NCBI GenBank assembly: GCA_050179755.1
Contig: JBFXEV010000001.1
Coordinates: forward strand, 1,257,994 to 1,321,993
Origin: Candidatus Babeliales bacterium
Lineage (GTDB): Bacteria; Babelota; Babeliae; Babelales; JBFXEV01
Direction of reading: 5' to 3'
Length of the DNA: 64,000 bases
The position numbers and the translations under genes are program-made. Below are positions 1-8,670 of this stretch, piece after piece (the first letter of the stretch is position 1; each line of letters starts with the position of its first letter). Under the pieces are notes generated by a model. That model made no database searches. It saw only the letters and a list, made by a program, of their open reading frames with translations, and was not told where the DNA came from.

Positions 1-2
1 CG

Positions 3-284
3 TTACAAGAAATACTTGATGTTATAGATATTATTACGCATGACTTGCCGCCGCTTCTTGAAAAGTATGAATTTGATTCTGATATTTCATGGCGAGCATG
101 GTTTCGTAAATATTGGTGGGCGCCGCCACTTATCGTTGCATCAATTGTAACTCATATATTACTAAATTGGGAAGCAAAAAAATTGCTTTCTGAAGCTTCA
201 CTTGTGGTACCACCACAAAAATCTAGTATTGTGGATGATGAAGGAGATGAAAAATGGCTGGCACTGTTTTCTATGCCCATGTAA
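3..284 (+). CDS. Hypothetical protein, 5'-truncated by window edge; WWxPP-motif family, paralogue of 27719..28444
   Basis: Frame is open from base 3 (LQEILDVIDIITHDLPPLLEKY...WFRKYWWAPPLIV) and aligns by eye with IRELLALLDSIAREIIELL...WLWHNWWVPPAII of 27719..28444. Confidence 0.7.
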   Translation, partial: LQEILDVIDIITHDLPPLLEKYEFDSDISWRAWFRKYWWAPPLIVASIVTHILLNWEAKKLLSEASLVVPPQKSSIVDDEGDEKWLALFSMPM

Positions 285-1777
285 TATGCTTGCTTATTGT
301 CTGCGGCCTGCATGCAAAGCCAGTTACCTACGATTATGATTTGGTAGTCATAGGTGCAGGTGCGTCTGGCCTGGTAGCAGCAATTGCTGCTGCAGAAAAA
401 GTAAAGCGTGTGGCCATTATAGAAAAAGAAGATAGAATTGGCGGTAGTCACACGTGGACGGGCGACATCCCTTCAAAAACACTTATTAATTTAGCTAATA
501 TGTCGCATGAACTTGTTACTGCAAATAAATTTGGATTATGCGATACGCGTAACGTGCATGTGAATAGTTCTCATGTTCTTCCCTATATTCGCAGCGTGTG
601 CCAAAAAGTGTATGATATTCACTCGCCAGATTTTTTTATTTGCAGTGAAATAAAAGTTATTCATGGTGTTGCGCAATTTGTTGATAGCCATACCATACGT
701 ATTGATGGTACTGATCAGATCACGGCAGATAAATTTATAATTGCTACCGGTTCCACGCCAAAGATTCCACCTGTTGCCGGCATTAAATCAATTAAGTATC
801 TCACTGCCGATACTTTTTTTAGCCGCGATACGCTACCTCTTTCAATGATAATTGTTGGCGCAGGCCCCCTTGGCACCGAAATTGCTGCAGCTCTTAATCG
901 TTTAGGAGTAAAAGTAACGCTTATTATGAAATATGGTGTTATATTGCCGACTTTCGACTTTGAACTTGTTGAATTACTTATGGCAATCTTACACGATGAA
1001 GGTGTGACCATTCGTTGCAATGTAGAAGCGCATGAAGTGGAAGAGCAGGATGATGGTACCATTGTTTTGCATTGTGTAAATAAAAATGGCATGCGTGAAA
1101 CATATGCTGCTGACTCTCTTTTTTTGGCAACTAATCGCAGAGCACGAGTGCAAGAACTTAATTTGCAAGCAGCCGGCGTAGAAATAACAAATCGTGGCAT
1201 TACCGTAAATAAGTATATGCAAACGACAGCTGATAATATTTTTGCATGTGGCGATGTTGTTGGTCAGTATATTTTAAGCCGTGTTGCCTATTATCAGGCA
1301 AGAATTGCAGTGCAGAATGCCACGCGCCAGTGGTGGCAAAGTTACAAAAAAACGTCGTATACTGATGTTGCAAAAGTGGCATTCACTCAACCAATGATAG
1401 CGTCTACCGGGCTTACCGAGCAGGAAGCACGCAAGCAATATGGCAGCACTATTGTGATTCATCGTATCAGTTATAATTATTTATCTAAAGCACTTATTGA
1501 TAATAAGCCCACTGGTATGGCCAAATTTGTTTATGATAGTAATGGCATTCTTTTAGGGGCACATATTCTCGGCGAGCAAGCAGGTAATTTGATTGATTTA
1601 CTGAAAGTTGGTAAACGCCTTGATATACAGTTAAATGCCTATTCCTCTCATGTCTACACCAGCCCCAGTTATCTTGATTTGTTGTGGCTTGCGTTAGAAA
1701 AATATCGAGCCGAGTTCCCACCAGCTACAACAACGTGTGTGGTTTGTAATACCATTCTTGATTGGTTTGCCAATTAA
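254..1777 (+). CDS. Class I pyridine nucleotide-disulfide oxidoreductase homologue (LpdA/MerA-like) lacking the redox CxxxxC; N-terminal signal-like segment
   Basis: GAGASG FAD motif, IIATGS, GAGPLG NAD(P) motif, IFACGD; the redox loop reads GGSHTWTGDIPSK. Confidence 0.85.
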   Translation: MAGTVFYAHVICLLIVCGLHAKPVTYDYDLVVIGAGASGLVAAIAAAEKVKRVAIIEKEDRIGGSHTWTGDIPSKTLINLANMSHELVTANKFGLCDTRNVHVNSSHVLPYIRSVCQKVYDIHSPDFFICSEIKVIHGVAQFVDSHTIRIDGTDQITADKFIIATGSTPKIPPVAGIKSIKYLTADTFFSRDTLPLSMIIVGAGPLGTEIAAALNRLGVKVTLIMKYGVILPTFDFELVELLMAILHDEGVTIRCNVEAHEVEEQDDGTIVLHCVNKNGMRETYAADSLFLATNRRARVQELNLQAAGVEITNRGITVNKYMQTTADNIFACGDVVGQYILSRVAYYQARIAVQNATRQWWQSYKKTSYTDVAKVAFTQPMIASTGLTEQEARKQYGSTIVIHRISYNYLSKALIDNKPTGMAKFVYDSNGILLGAHILGEQAGNLIDLLKVGKRLDIQLNAYSSHVYTSPSYLDLLWLALEKYRAEFPPATTTCVVCNTILDWFAN

Positions 1778-1925
1778 CATGCTATCCAAACTCTTGCATT
1801 GAAAATGAATTTTGTGATGTCATAGAATTAGAAATTGTAAAAAAGTAGATCGTATGAGAGGAGGTTTAGTATATCTACTATTTTTACAACGCATAGAATA
1901 ATAGTACATTTTCAAAGGAGTAACC

Positions 1926-2621
1926 ATGTTAAGAAAAATAAGTTTAATGTTAATGCTCATCAGTGTGTATGGTGCCCAAGCAACACAAGAGGCTACTGAT
2001 CTTTTGGCAACAGCGACCTTAAGTCTCAATTGCACGGATACGGTACAAACTGCAACACAATATACTTTTTTACAAACAATTTTTTGTGATTTAAATCACT
2101 TTAAAGAATCGCTTGCAGCGGACCGCCAACTATATCAGCAATGGAATAATTCACTTGTAGATCTTGGAAACTCGTTGCAAGTGCATCACGAGCAGCAAAC
2201 AGCAGCACTTCATCAAGTCAAAAGTGCCATTTTACAATTAAAGCAGGTAATTTCACAGCAGGAACAACAAGGGCAAGATTACCTGATGACTATTAATGCG
2301 CTTTCTGAGCAGTTGTATGCTTTGCAAAAGCAAACAGATCAAGAAATTTTGGCACTTCAAAAACAACTTGATGAAACTAATCAAGAATTAGATTTACTTG
2401 AAGATGAATATGGTGAATTTATTGATGCAAGTTTTGCGCACACACAAGCTTTTTATAACATGCTGCAACTTGCAAAACAAGAATATACAGCACTTCTTGG
2501 CGAACGCACACAATTCTTTAATGCATTGCAATTATTGACTGACAAATTGCATTCACAAGATGAACAAGGAACTGCTCAAATCTATGATTTACTGGCAAGC
2601 CTTGCAGCCGATAGTAATTAA
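1926..2621 (+). CDS. Exported Gln/Leu-rich coiled-coil hypothetical protein
   Basis: AAGGAG RBS, signal peptide ending AQA, heptad-like Q/L/E pattern. Confidence 0.7.
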   Translation: MLRKISLMLMLISVYGAQATQEATDLLATATLSLNCTDTVQTATQYTFLQTIFCDLNHFKESLAADRQLYQQWNNSLVDLGNSLQVHHEQQTAALHQVKSAILQLKQVISQQEQQGQDYLMTINALSEQLYALQKQTDQEILALQKQLDETNQELDLLEDEYGEFIDASFAHTQAFYNMLQLAKQEYTALLGERTQFFNALQLLTDKLHSQDEQGTAQIYDLLASLAADSN

Positions 2622-2630
2622 TTTGCTCAT

Positions 2631-2660
2631 AATGTAGGGGGCATTTTTGCCCCCTACATT
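2631..2660 (+). terminator. Intrinsic terminator-like hairpin
   Basis: aatgtagggggca-tttt-tgccccctacatt perfect inverted repeat just after the stop at 2621. Confidence 0.75.
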
Positions 2661-2715
2661 TTGCATCACTATTCTTTTTTGGGTATCCTAACAAGGAAAA
2701 ATAAAGAGGAAGAAT

Positions 2716-3651
2716 ATGCAGCAACAATTCACGCACACGCAACTTGATGTTTTGGCAACTTGTGAGCCTTTTTTAGCATCGCAAGATATTGCAGCCACGT
2801 CACTGATCACCTACAAACACGTACTTACTCAATTTGCCTTATGGTGCAAAGATAAAAAAATTACAACGCCTACTCGAATGACAATCTTGGAATACAAAGC
2901 GTTTCTTGAAAGTAGAAGATTAAGCGCGTTTACTAAGTCGCTCTATATAGTTCTTGTGCGTAGATTTTTTTCGTGGACGCATGAAAACAATATGTATCCT
3001 GACGTGGCGCATGGCATTAAAACCGCTCGCACCAAGCAAAAAAGCCATCACAAAGATTCGCTTTCTATTGCTGATATAAAGACATTGCTTGCTCATATTG
3101 ATCAAGGTACCTTACAGGGGCTGCGTGATTATGCGCTCATTAATATGTTAGTGCGTACAGGGCTTCGCATAAAAGAAGTGGCATCGTGTGAATTTTCTGA
3201 TATTGAGTCTCACCATGGTAGCTACCGGCTTTGGATACAGGGCAAAGGCAGGCACGGTAAAGATGAATTTGTAATTCTTACGCAAGCAACGCTTGCTCCG
3301 TTGCAAGCATATATTGCAGCGCGTAATCTCAAGCAAAACGCTCGAGCGCCCCTTTTTGCGTCGGTAAGTGACAAAAATTTTGGCAAGAAACTGACTACTT
3401 TTTCAATTTCAAGATTAATTCGGCAATATTACCAAAAAGCTGGCATTAAAACAAAACGCGTTACCGCGCACAGCTTGCGCCATACGTTTGGTGTACTCTC
3501 TATGCAAGCAGGAGCTTCGCTCCATGAAGTGCAACTTGCCATGCGCCATACCGCCCCCAGTACCACGCAAATATATCTTGGTGATATTGAACGGATTAAG
3601 CGCCTTGAAGGGGCGCCAGAGCATAAATTGAGTCAATTATTGGATACATAA
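2716..3651 (+). CDS. Tyrosine recombinase/integrase (XerC/D-like)
   Basis: Catalytic set present: TGLR, GKG, HSLRH, MRH, TTQIY; N-terminal SAM-like domain. Confidence 0.92.
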   Translation: MQQQFTHTQLDVLATCEPFLASQDIAATSLITYKHVLTQFALWCKDKKITTPTRMTILEYKAFLESRRLSAFTKSLYIVLVRRFFSWTHENNMYPDVAHGIKTARTKQKSHHKDSLSIADIKTLLAHIDQGTLQGLRDYALINMLVRTGLRIKEVASCEFSDIESHHGSYRLWIQGKGRHGKDEFVILTQATLAPLQAYIAARNLKQNARAPLFASVSDKNFGKKLTTFSISRLIRQYYQKAGIKTKRVTAHSLRHTFGVLSMQAGASLHEVQLAMRHTAPSTTQIYLGDIERIKRLEGAPEHKLSQLLDT

Positions 3652-3661
3652 AGGAATTTTA

Positions 3662-4021
3662 ATGAAAAAAAGACTATTAGTTGCATTAATGGCGTGCATA
3701 GTTGTAAGTTCATCGTATATGCATGGAATGTTAATTCCTGACCCCGATGAAATCAGAAGAGTTGCTGATTTTTATGCAGATAAGCCAGTAGCTTTTTATA
3801 TGATTATGTGCTGTCCTATCTATACAGTTATTGGTCTAAATTTAGTCATAAAAGTTGCTGAAAAAGCGCCTTCTTATCAGCAAGTAAAATCAGCAATTTC
3901 TTCATGCAATTGCTGCAAAAGAATAGAAATAGCTCGCAATGAATTTATTAAAACTCAAGAAAACGGCCTTCTTGCCGCGCTATTCACAAAAGAAGAACTA
4001 ACAAGACAAAAGATGGAATGA
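3662..4021 (+). CDS. Small exported Cys-rich protein with a hydrophobic segment (triplet member 1)
   Basis: Signal peptide ending MHG|M, internal hydrophobic helix, SSCNCCK. Confidence 0.65.
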   Translation: MKKRLLVALMACIVVSSSYMHGMLIPDPDEIRRVADFYADKPVAFYMIMCCPIYTVIGLNLVIKVAEKAPSYQQVKSAISSCNCCKRIEIARNEFIKTQENGLLAALFTKEELTRQKME

Positions 4022-4044
4022 ATGCCGCTAAATTAGGAATCGAA

Positions 4045-4410
4045 ATGAAAAAAACTTTATGTTGCTTACTCATGCTTGTGAGCTTGATCGAAACTACCTC
4101 GCTCGGTATGATGCCACTTAGTCAACAAGAATTAACAGAAATAGCACAAGCATGTGATGCGCATCCTTATGTATGCTATGCATTTTTAGGAGCTCAAGCT
4201 GTGTGTTATACAGTTTTGGCGGGCTTGGCCGTTAAAGATTATTGTTGCCCTCGTATGCCCTCATTTTTATCTTGTTGCACAGGACTAAAAAAAAAAGTTA
4301 CTGGTCTAGTTGCGCAGCAGCAAGCTGTTACCGCTCAAGCACCTTTAAAAAACCCGGGCAAAGAACGATTGTTAGCGCTTGTGGCAGCAAAGCATGAGAA
4401 ATTGCCATGA
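4045..4410 (+). CDS. Small exported Cys-rich protein (triplet member 2); ORF track starts at 4018
   Basis: MKKTL signal ending SLG|M; IAQACDAHP, hydrophobic helix, FLSCC. Confidence 0.65.
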   Translation: MKKTLCCLLMLVSLIETTSLGMMPLSQQELTEIAQACDAHPYVCYAFLGAQAVCYTVLAGLAVKDYCCPRMPSFLSCCTGLKKKVTGLVAQQQAVTAQAPLKNPGKERLLALVAAKHEKLP

Positions 4411-4916
4411 AAAGAATAATAACGAGCATCATAGTAGTGTGTAGCGTAGGTTGCGACTCCCCACTGTATGCCATGCAATATATGGATGCACCAAATATGG
4501 AAACGATCGCTCGTGTGTGCCAAACGCACCCCGACAGTTGTTTTAGAGATATTGTAATACCTCTTGGCATACTCGGAACTTTATTTACTATTATTGAAGC
4601 TAGCGTATATATACATGATCATATGCCTGCTATTCAAGCATGTTGCGTTAAGGCATCTTTTTTTTCTTGTTGTAAAAGCAAAAAGCAAAAGCGGCAAGAA
4701 ATGTATGATGCGCTTTTAGAAAGAATGCCCGCACGTAAAGCACGCAAAGCGTATACATTGCAAGTATTGCAAGAGGAAGTGCCGAATTCAACAAGGCAGC
4801 AACGGCGAACTGCATGTGCGCTATTACAGCAAAAAAAATGGAATCAAGGGGCAGCAATTGCTGCTGCACAGCATAAAGGAGATATTAAAGTTATTGCATT
4901 ACTAAAAAAAATCTAG
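4407..4916 (+). CDS. Small exported Cys-rich protein (triplet member 3)
   Basis: Signal ending LYA|M; IARVCQTHP, hydrophobic helix, FFSCCK; ATGA overlap with the upstream gene. Confidence 0.65.
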   Translation: MKRIITSIIVVCSVGCDSPLYAMQYMDAPNMETIARVCQTHPDSCFRDIVIPLGILGTLFTIIEASVYIHDHMPAIQACCVKASFFSCCKSKKQKRQEMYDALLERMPARKARKAYTLQVLQEEVPNSTRQQRRTACALLQQKKWNQGAAIAAAQHKGDIKVIALLKKI

Positions 4917-4999
4917 CGAATTAAGTAATGATAAGATAATTTGGTAATAATGTTAAATATTATGTAGAATTTCACTCAAACATGTATTATTCATAGTCT

Positions 5000-5395
5000 C
5001 TGGAGCCGCTCTCGCCGCGGCCGGCGCACGCCTTTTTGGTGCCAAAAAGGGTGCAAAAACCAATTAGGGACGCTCCGCTCCCTAAGAACCCTCTCTCCCG
5101 GTGAAGACGCCTATCTCGAATTTCCCTACATGAAATTCTCACTAGACTCCACCGTTTCGTGTAAGATTTTCTTTTTTAATTTTTATAGTTATTACTGTGG
5201 ATGGAAATCAATTGGCCCACAATGTAATTTTATTAGTAGATCCTATGCGCGCTGCGTGCATACCTCGTCGTGAAACGACGCGAGGTATAGCGCTCAGCGA
5301 TCGAGCGGAGTGGTCCAGCAGAATGCTGATGCTTTTTTGCGTCCTTTTTTTGCACAAAAAAAGGCATGCGCCGGCCGCGGCGTGAGCGGCTCCAG
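5000..5395. mobile_element. MITE-like element with ~60-bp imperfect terminal inverted repeats
   Basis: ctggagccgctctcgccgcggccggcgcacgcctttttggtgccaaaaagggtgcaaaaa (5000-5059) is nearly the reverse complement of 5334-5395; GC-rich in an AT-rich background; no clear target-site duplication. Confidence 0.65.
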
Positions 5396-5454
5396 CGATT
5401 AGCAACCTAAACAGTAAAGACTTTTTCTAAACAAATAATAAAAAAGAAACGTTT

Positions 5455-5532
5455 ATTTTTGAGTCTTTTTTTCTGCGTCCGCCGTAGCCTTGGCGAAGGA
5501 GAATGAACAAAAAAAGTCATGCGCCGCCCGCG
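5455..5532. repeat. Degenerate third copy of the MITE end, interrupted by a REP-like unit
   Basis: caaaaaaagtcatgcgccgcccgcg resembles 5355-5379; gtccgccgtagccttggcgaagga sits at 5477-5500. Confidence 0.5.
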
Positions 5533-5764
5533 TAAGGACACTAGTGATAAATCTTGAAATGAAGCAATGGAACTTCTCTGTTGTTATATTCTCACGCATG
5601 AAGCGCTCATACTATTAGATAACAAATGAGTGTACGGCCATGCAATATATGCATATTTAAAAACATGCAATAAACAATTGAAAAATTAATCTCATACATG
5701 ATACTCTTTCAATAAGCAGGCTGCGACCTGAACAATATTTTATTACTTACACAAAGGACCCATC

Positions 5765-6586
5765 ATGAAGAACGTATCATTTACTGCAAAAGCCGCGGTG
5801 CTATTACTGGCTAGTGGAATACATCTGCATGCAATGAAAGCTCCGCAGGTCACCAGAGAAACCGTACTTGCACAAATAGAACAATTGGCGTTATCTCAAG
5901 GTAACAAAGAAGCTGCGCAATCTTATTTATCTGGTCTTGCCAGCGATATACAAAAAATAGCAACTAGTGCATCAGTTACTGCTCTGCCCACTCAAGCTGC
6001 ACAGTTGCAAGCTAGACTAAAGGAAGGTTCTGAGAGAGTAAGAAAAGCTATAAGAGAATCACGTGGCATGTTAAACCATGCAAAATTAGTTGAATTAGCC
6101 CAAACAGGTAGATTACCCCGTACTGTATCTAAGTCTGATTTTGAAGCCTATATGAAATTATATAGACCATTACCAAAGTTAGTTCTTCCAAAATCAAAGG
6201 AGCTTACAACGTTATTGGCGCAAGCATTAAAACCGATTTACCAAGCAGGCATAAAAACAAATGATATAGATGAGGCTGTGGCTATGCTCACTATGGCCTT
6301 TTATACCGCAATAAAAAATTTGGGGGCGTCAGCAACAACAGAGATGAAAGAAATATTTAATCCACAGGAAATAGCGCAATTGGTCGCGAGTGGTGGAGAA
6401 GAAGCAGTATTGTTAAAAAAATATACAGAAACAGCTGCACCTTATGTTCCTGCCTTACAATCTGCTTTAAAAGCAATTAGTGATGCTGGTAAGCAATATA
6501 AATTTGAAAGCATTTATGATGATGCAAACGCAGAGCTTGGTGATGTGTATCTACAGTGGGGGAACTTAATGCTATCAAAATTTTAA
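5765..6586 (+). CDS. Exported alpha-helical hypothetical protein
   Basis: AAGGA RBS, signal ending LHA|M, 273-aa ORF. Confidence 0.75.
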   Translation: MKNVSFTAKAAVLLLASGIHLHAMKAPQVTRETVLAQIEQLALSQGNKEAAQSYLSGLASDIQKIATSASVTALPTQAAQLQARLKEGSERVRKAIRESRGMLNHAKLVELAQTGRLPRTVSKSDFEAYMKLYRPLPKLVLPKSKELTTLLAQALKPIYQAGIKTNDIDEAVAMLTMAFYTAIKNLGASATTEMKEIFNPQEIAQLVASGGEEAVLLKKYTETAAPYVPALQSALKAISDAGKQYKFESIYDDANAELGDVYLQWGNLMLSKF

Positions 6587-6604
6587 TAGCACAGAAACTG
6601 CATC

Positions 6605-6645
6605 GTATGGGTTGATGCCAAATGGTATCAACCCATACTTTTTTT
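6605..6645 (+). terminator. Intrinsic terminator
   Basis: gtatgggttgatgcca-aa-tggtatcaacccatac followed by a T-tract. Confidence 0.8.
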
Positions 6646-6823
6646 ATCTACTAATTTTGTAACTCTTTTCTTTATAATTAACCCAATCTTTCAACATTAC
6701 AGATAGTAACTCTATATTGACAAAAATTGCCATTATGATATATTTTTAATGGTTACTCAAAAAATAATTAAAATTTCTCACCATTAAACATATTCACCTC
6801 AAAACTAATCGAAAGGGATTGTC

Positions 6824-7525
6824 ATGAACTCAACCTTTTATTCAACACATATGGCGCGCCGCATAGAGCAATTTATGTACAAAGTATATGGTTGGATGTT
6901 TGCAGGGCTTGCAATAACTGCAGCAACATCATTTAGCTTGTTCAATTTCTTCCCGCAAATAATGGTTGCCATACTCACCAATCAGATGCTTTTTTGGGGA
7001 TTGTTTTTAGCGCAAATTGGCTTGGTAATGGTGCTATCGGCTGCGTTGCAACGATTAAACTTTGTAACTGCGGCATTGATGTTCATTCTCTATGCTAGTT
7101 TGGTTGGTATAACATTATCGCCAATATTCTTGGTGTATACGTGGGGATCAATCTATACCACGTTCTTGATAACGAGCGGTATGTTTGGCGCAATGGCCCT
7201 CTATGGCTACTACACTGAAAACGATCTTACCAGTTTAGGCAATATTCTCCTTATGGGATTAATTGGTCTGCTACTTGCTGGATTTATTAATAGATGGGTT
7301 GGCAGCTCACAAACTGATTTTTTACTCTCTATTGGTGGCGTGATTATCTTTACTCTTTTGACAGCGTATGACGTACAAAAGATTAAAACCATGAGCACGT
7401 ATGCTGCAATGCATGAAGAGTCAGAAAGTAAAATTGCTATTCGTTGTGCTTTAACACTGTATCTTGATTTTATTAACTTATTCTTATATGTATTACGCTT
7501 TATGGGTAATAAAAAAAGAAACTAA
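6824..7525 (+). CDS. Bax inhibitor-1/YccA family membrane protein
   Basis: About 7 TM helices; KVYGWM, AYDVQKIK and ALTLYLDFINLF signatures. Confidence 0.92.
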   Translation: MNSTFYSTHMARRIEQFMYKVYGWMFAGLAITAATSFSLFNFFPQIMVAILTNQMLFWGLFLAQIGLVMVLSAALQRLNFVTAALMFILYASLVGITLSPIFLVYTWGSIYTTFLITSGMFGAMALYGYYTENDLTSLGNILLMGLIGLLLAGFINRWVGSSQTDFLLSIGGVIIFTLLTAYDVQKIKTMSTYAAMHEESESKIAIRCALTLYLDFINLFLYVLRFMGNKKRN

Positions 7526-7541
7526 GTTAACATTAATAAAC

Positions 7542-7598
7542 AAAAGTAAAAACCCGTTTGTATGGCAAAAAAGCTACATAAGCGGGTTTTTACTTTTT
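7542..7598. terminator. Terminator-like long hairpin
   Basis: aaaagtaaaaacccgtttgt...acataagcgggtttttactttt. Confidence 0.7.
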
Positions 7599-7685
7599 CT
7601 CTCTATTACCACCCTTGCATAAACCCCAGTTTCTCAGTTATTCTAAGAGCATAAGTATTGGCAAGCCATACTTGGAGAGTAGAAT

Positions 7686-8648
7686 ATGTCCATCAAAATA
7701 ATTTATTATATAATGTTCATTATAAGCATGCAATCACACGCAATGGAGCTTATATGTCCTTTGCCAACAAACGCAATGATGCATGCTGTTGCAGAAACTG
7801 TTTTTGCAATGCCACCTTATGATATGTATTACGCAAAACTTACATTGCCACTGAAATCTACTATAACTCTTGGATCTTCCCTGCTTTCTTTAGGTCTTAT
7901 TGGCTCTTTTATTGTTGGTAGCACTACAATGGGGTTTCTTTTGCATGGCAGGCAAAAACTACTTGTTGATGCTGCTATTTTGAATAATCCTTGGTGGGCA
8001 CATATTTTAATAAAAATCGGTGCAAATCCTTATAAGATATTTCAAGATCAAAATCTACAGACAACGCCACTTCATGAAATCGTGAAATGTCATAGTCATG
8101 TTTTATTGCAATTATTTCTTTCAATTTCAGGCGACGTTAATGTACAAGATTCAGATGGTAACACACCCGTTCACCTGGCAGCTATGAATGCCGAAGAAGA
8201 TGCTGCAATTCAAATTCAAGAATTATATGAGCACGGAGCTTGCTTACAAGCTACCGATATTATTGGTCATGCACCTTTACATATTGCAATGCAATATCAT
8301 GCGCACGCAGCTACTGAAAAACTACTGCAATTCGATGTAGACGTAAATGCACAAGATTTTTATGGCAATACCGCACTTCATGATGCCGCAGCGAGTGAAA
8401 ACCTCTACGGCATTATTCGCCTTTTACAATACGGCGCGCATAAAGATATATTAAATAATAGTGGGCTCTCCGCTTGCGATGTTGCCCAACAATATGGCCA
8501 TCAAAGCGTTGTAGATATGCTTGCAGCGCAACGGCGCTGTCTATTGAATCTTGATAATGCACTGCCCCAAAATCCGCAGTTAAAACGTATATCTAGATTT
8601 GGAACAAATATTATGGCAAAGCTTTTTAATAGAGAAATAGGCAAATAA
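7686..8648 (+). CDS. Exported ankyrin-repeat protein with a TM segment
   Basis: TPLH, GNTPVHLA, GHAPLHIA and GNTALHDA repeats; signal ending SHA|M. Confidence 0.88.
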   Translation: MSIKIIYYIMFIISMQSHAMELICPLPTNAMMHAVAETVFAMPPYDMYYAKLTLPLKSTITLGSSLLSLGLIGSFIVGSTTMGFLLHGRQKLLVDAAILNNPWWAHILIKIGANPYKIFQDQNLQTTPLHEIVKCHSHVLLQLFLSISGDVNVQDSDGNTPVHLAAMNAEEDAAIQIQELYEHGACLQATDIIGHAPLHIAMQYHAHAATEKLLQFDVDVNAQDFYGNTALHDAAASENLYGIIRLLQYGAHKDILNNSGLSACDVAQQYGHQSVVDMLAAQRRCLLNLDNALPQNPQLKRISRFGTNIMAKLFNREIGK

Positions 8649-8670
8649 TAATTTTAAAAAAGGATAGTTA

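Noticed and set aside
2621..2650. XerC-arm-like tttgctcataatgta before the integrase
   Set aside because: No XerD arm follows; the sequence is explained by the terminator hairpin.
2716..4916. Integron (integrase + cassette array)
   Set aside because: The downstream genes abut or overlap with no room for attC sites, are co-oriented with the integrase, and the IntI-specific insertion is not evident.
4929..4970. dif-like site (taatgttaaat and ttatgtagaat resemble the XerD arm)
   Set aside because: No XerC arm ending in ATAA at the 6-bp spacing; such matches are expected in AT-rich DNA.
5197..5405. Short ORFs inside the MITE-like element
   Set aside because: They run through inverted-repeat sequence and show no transposase motifs.
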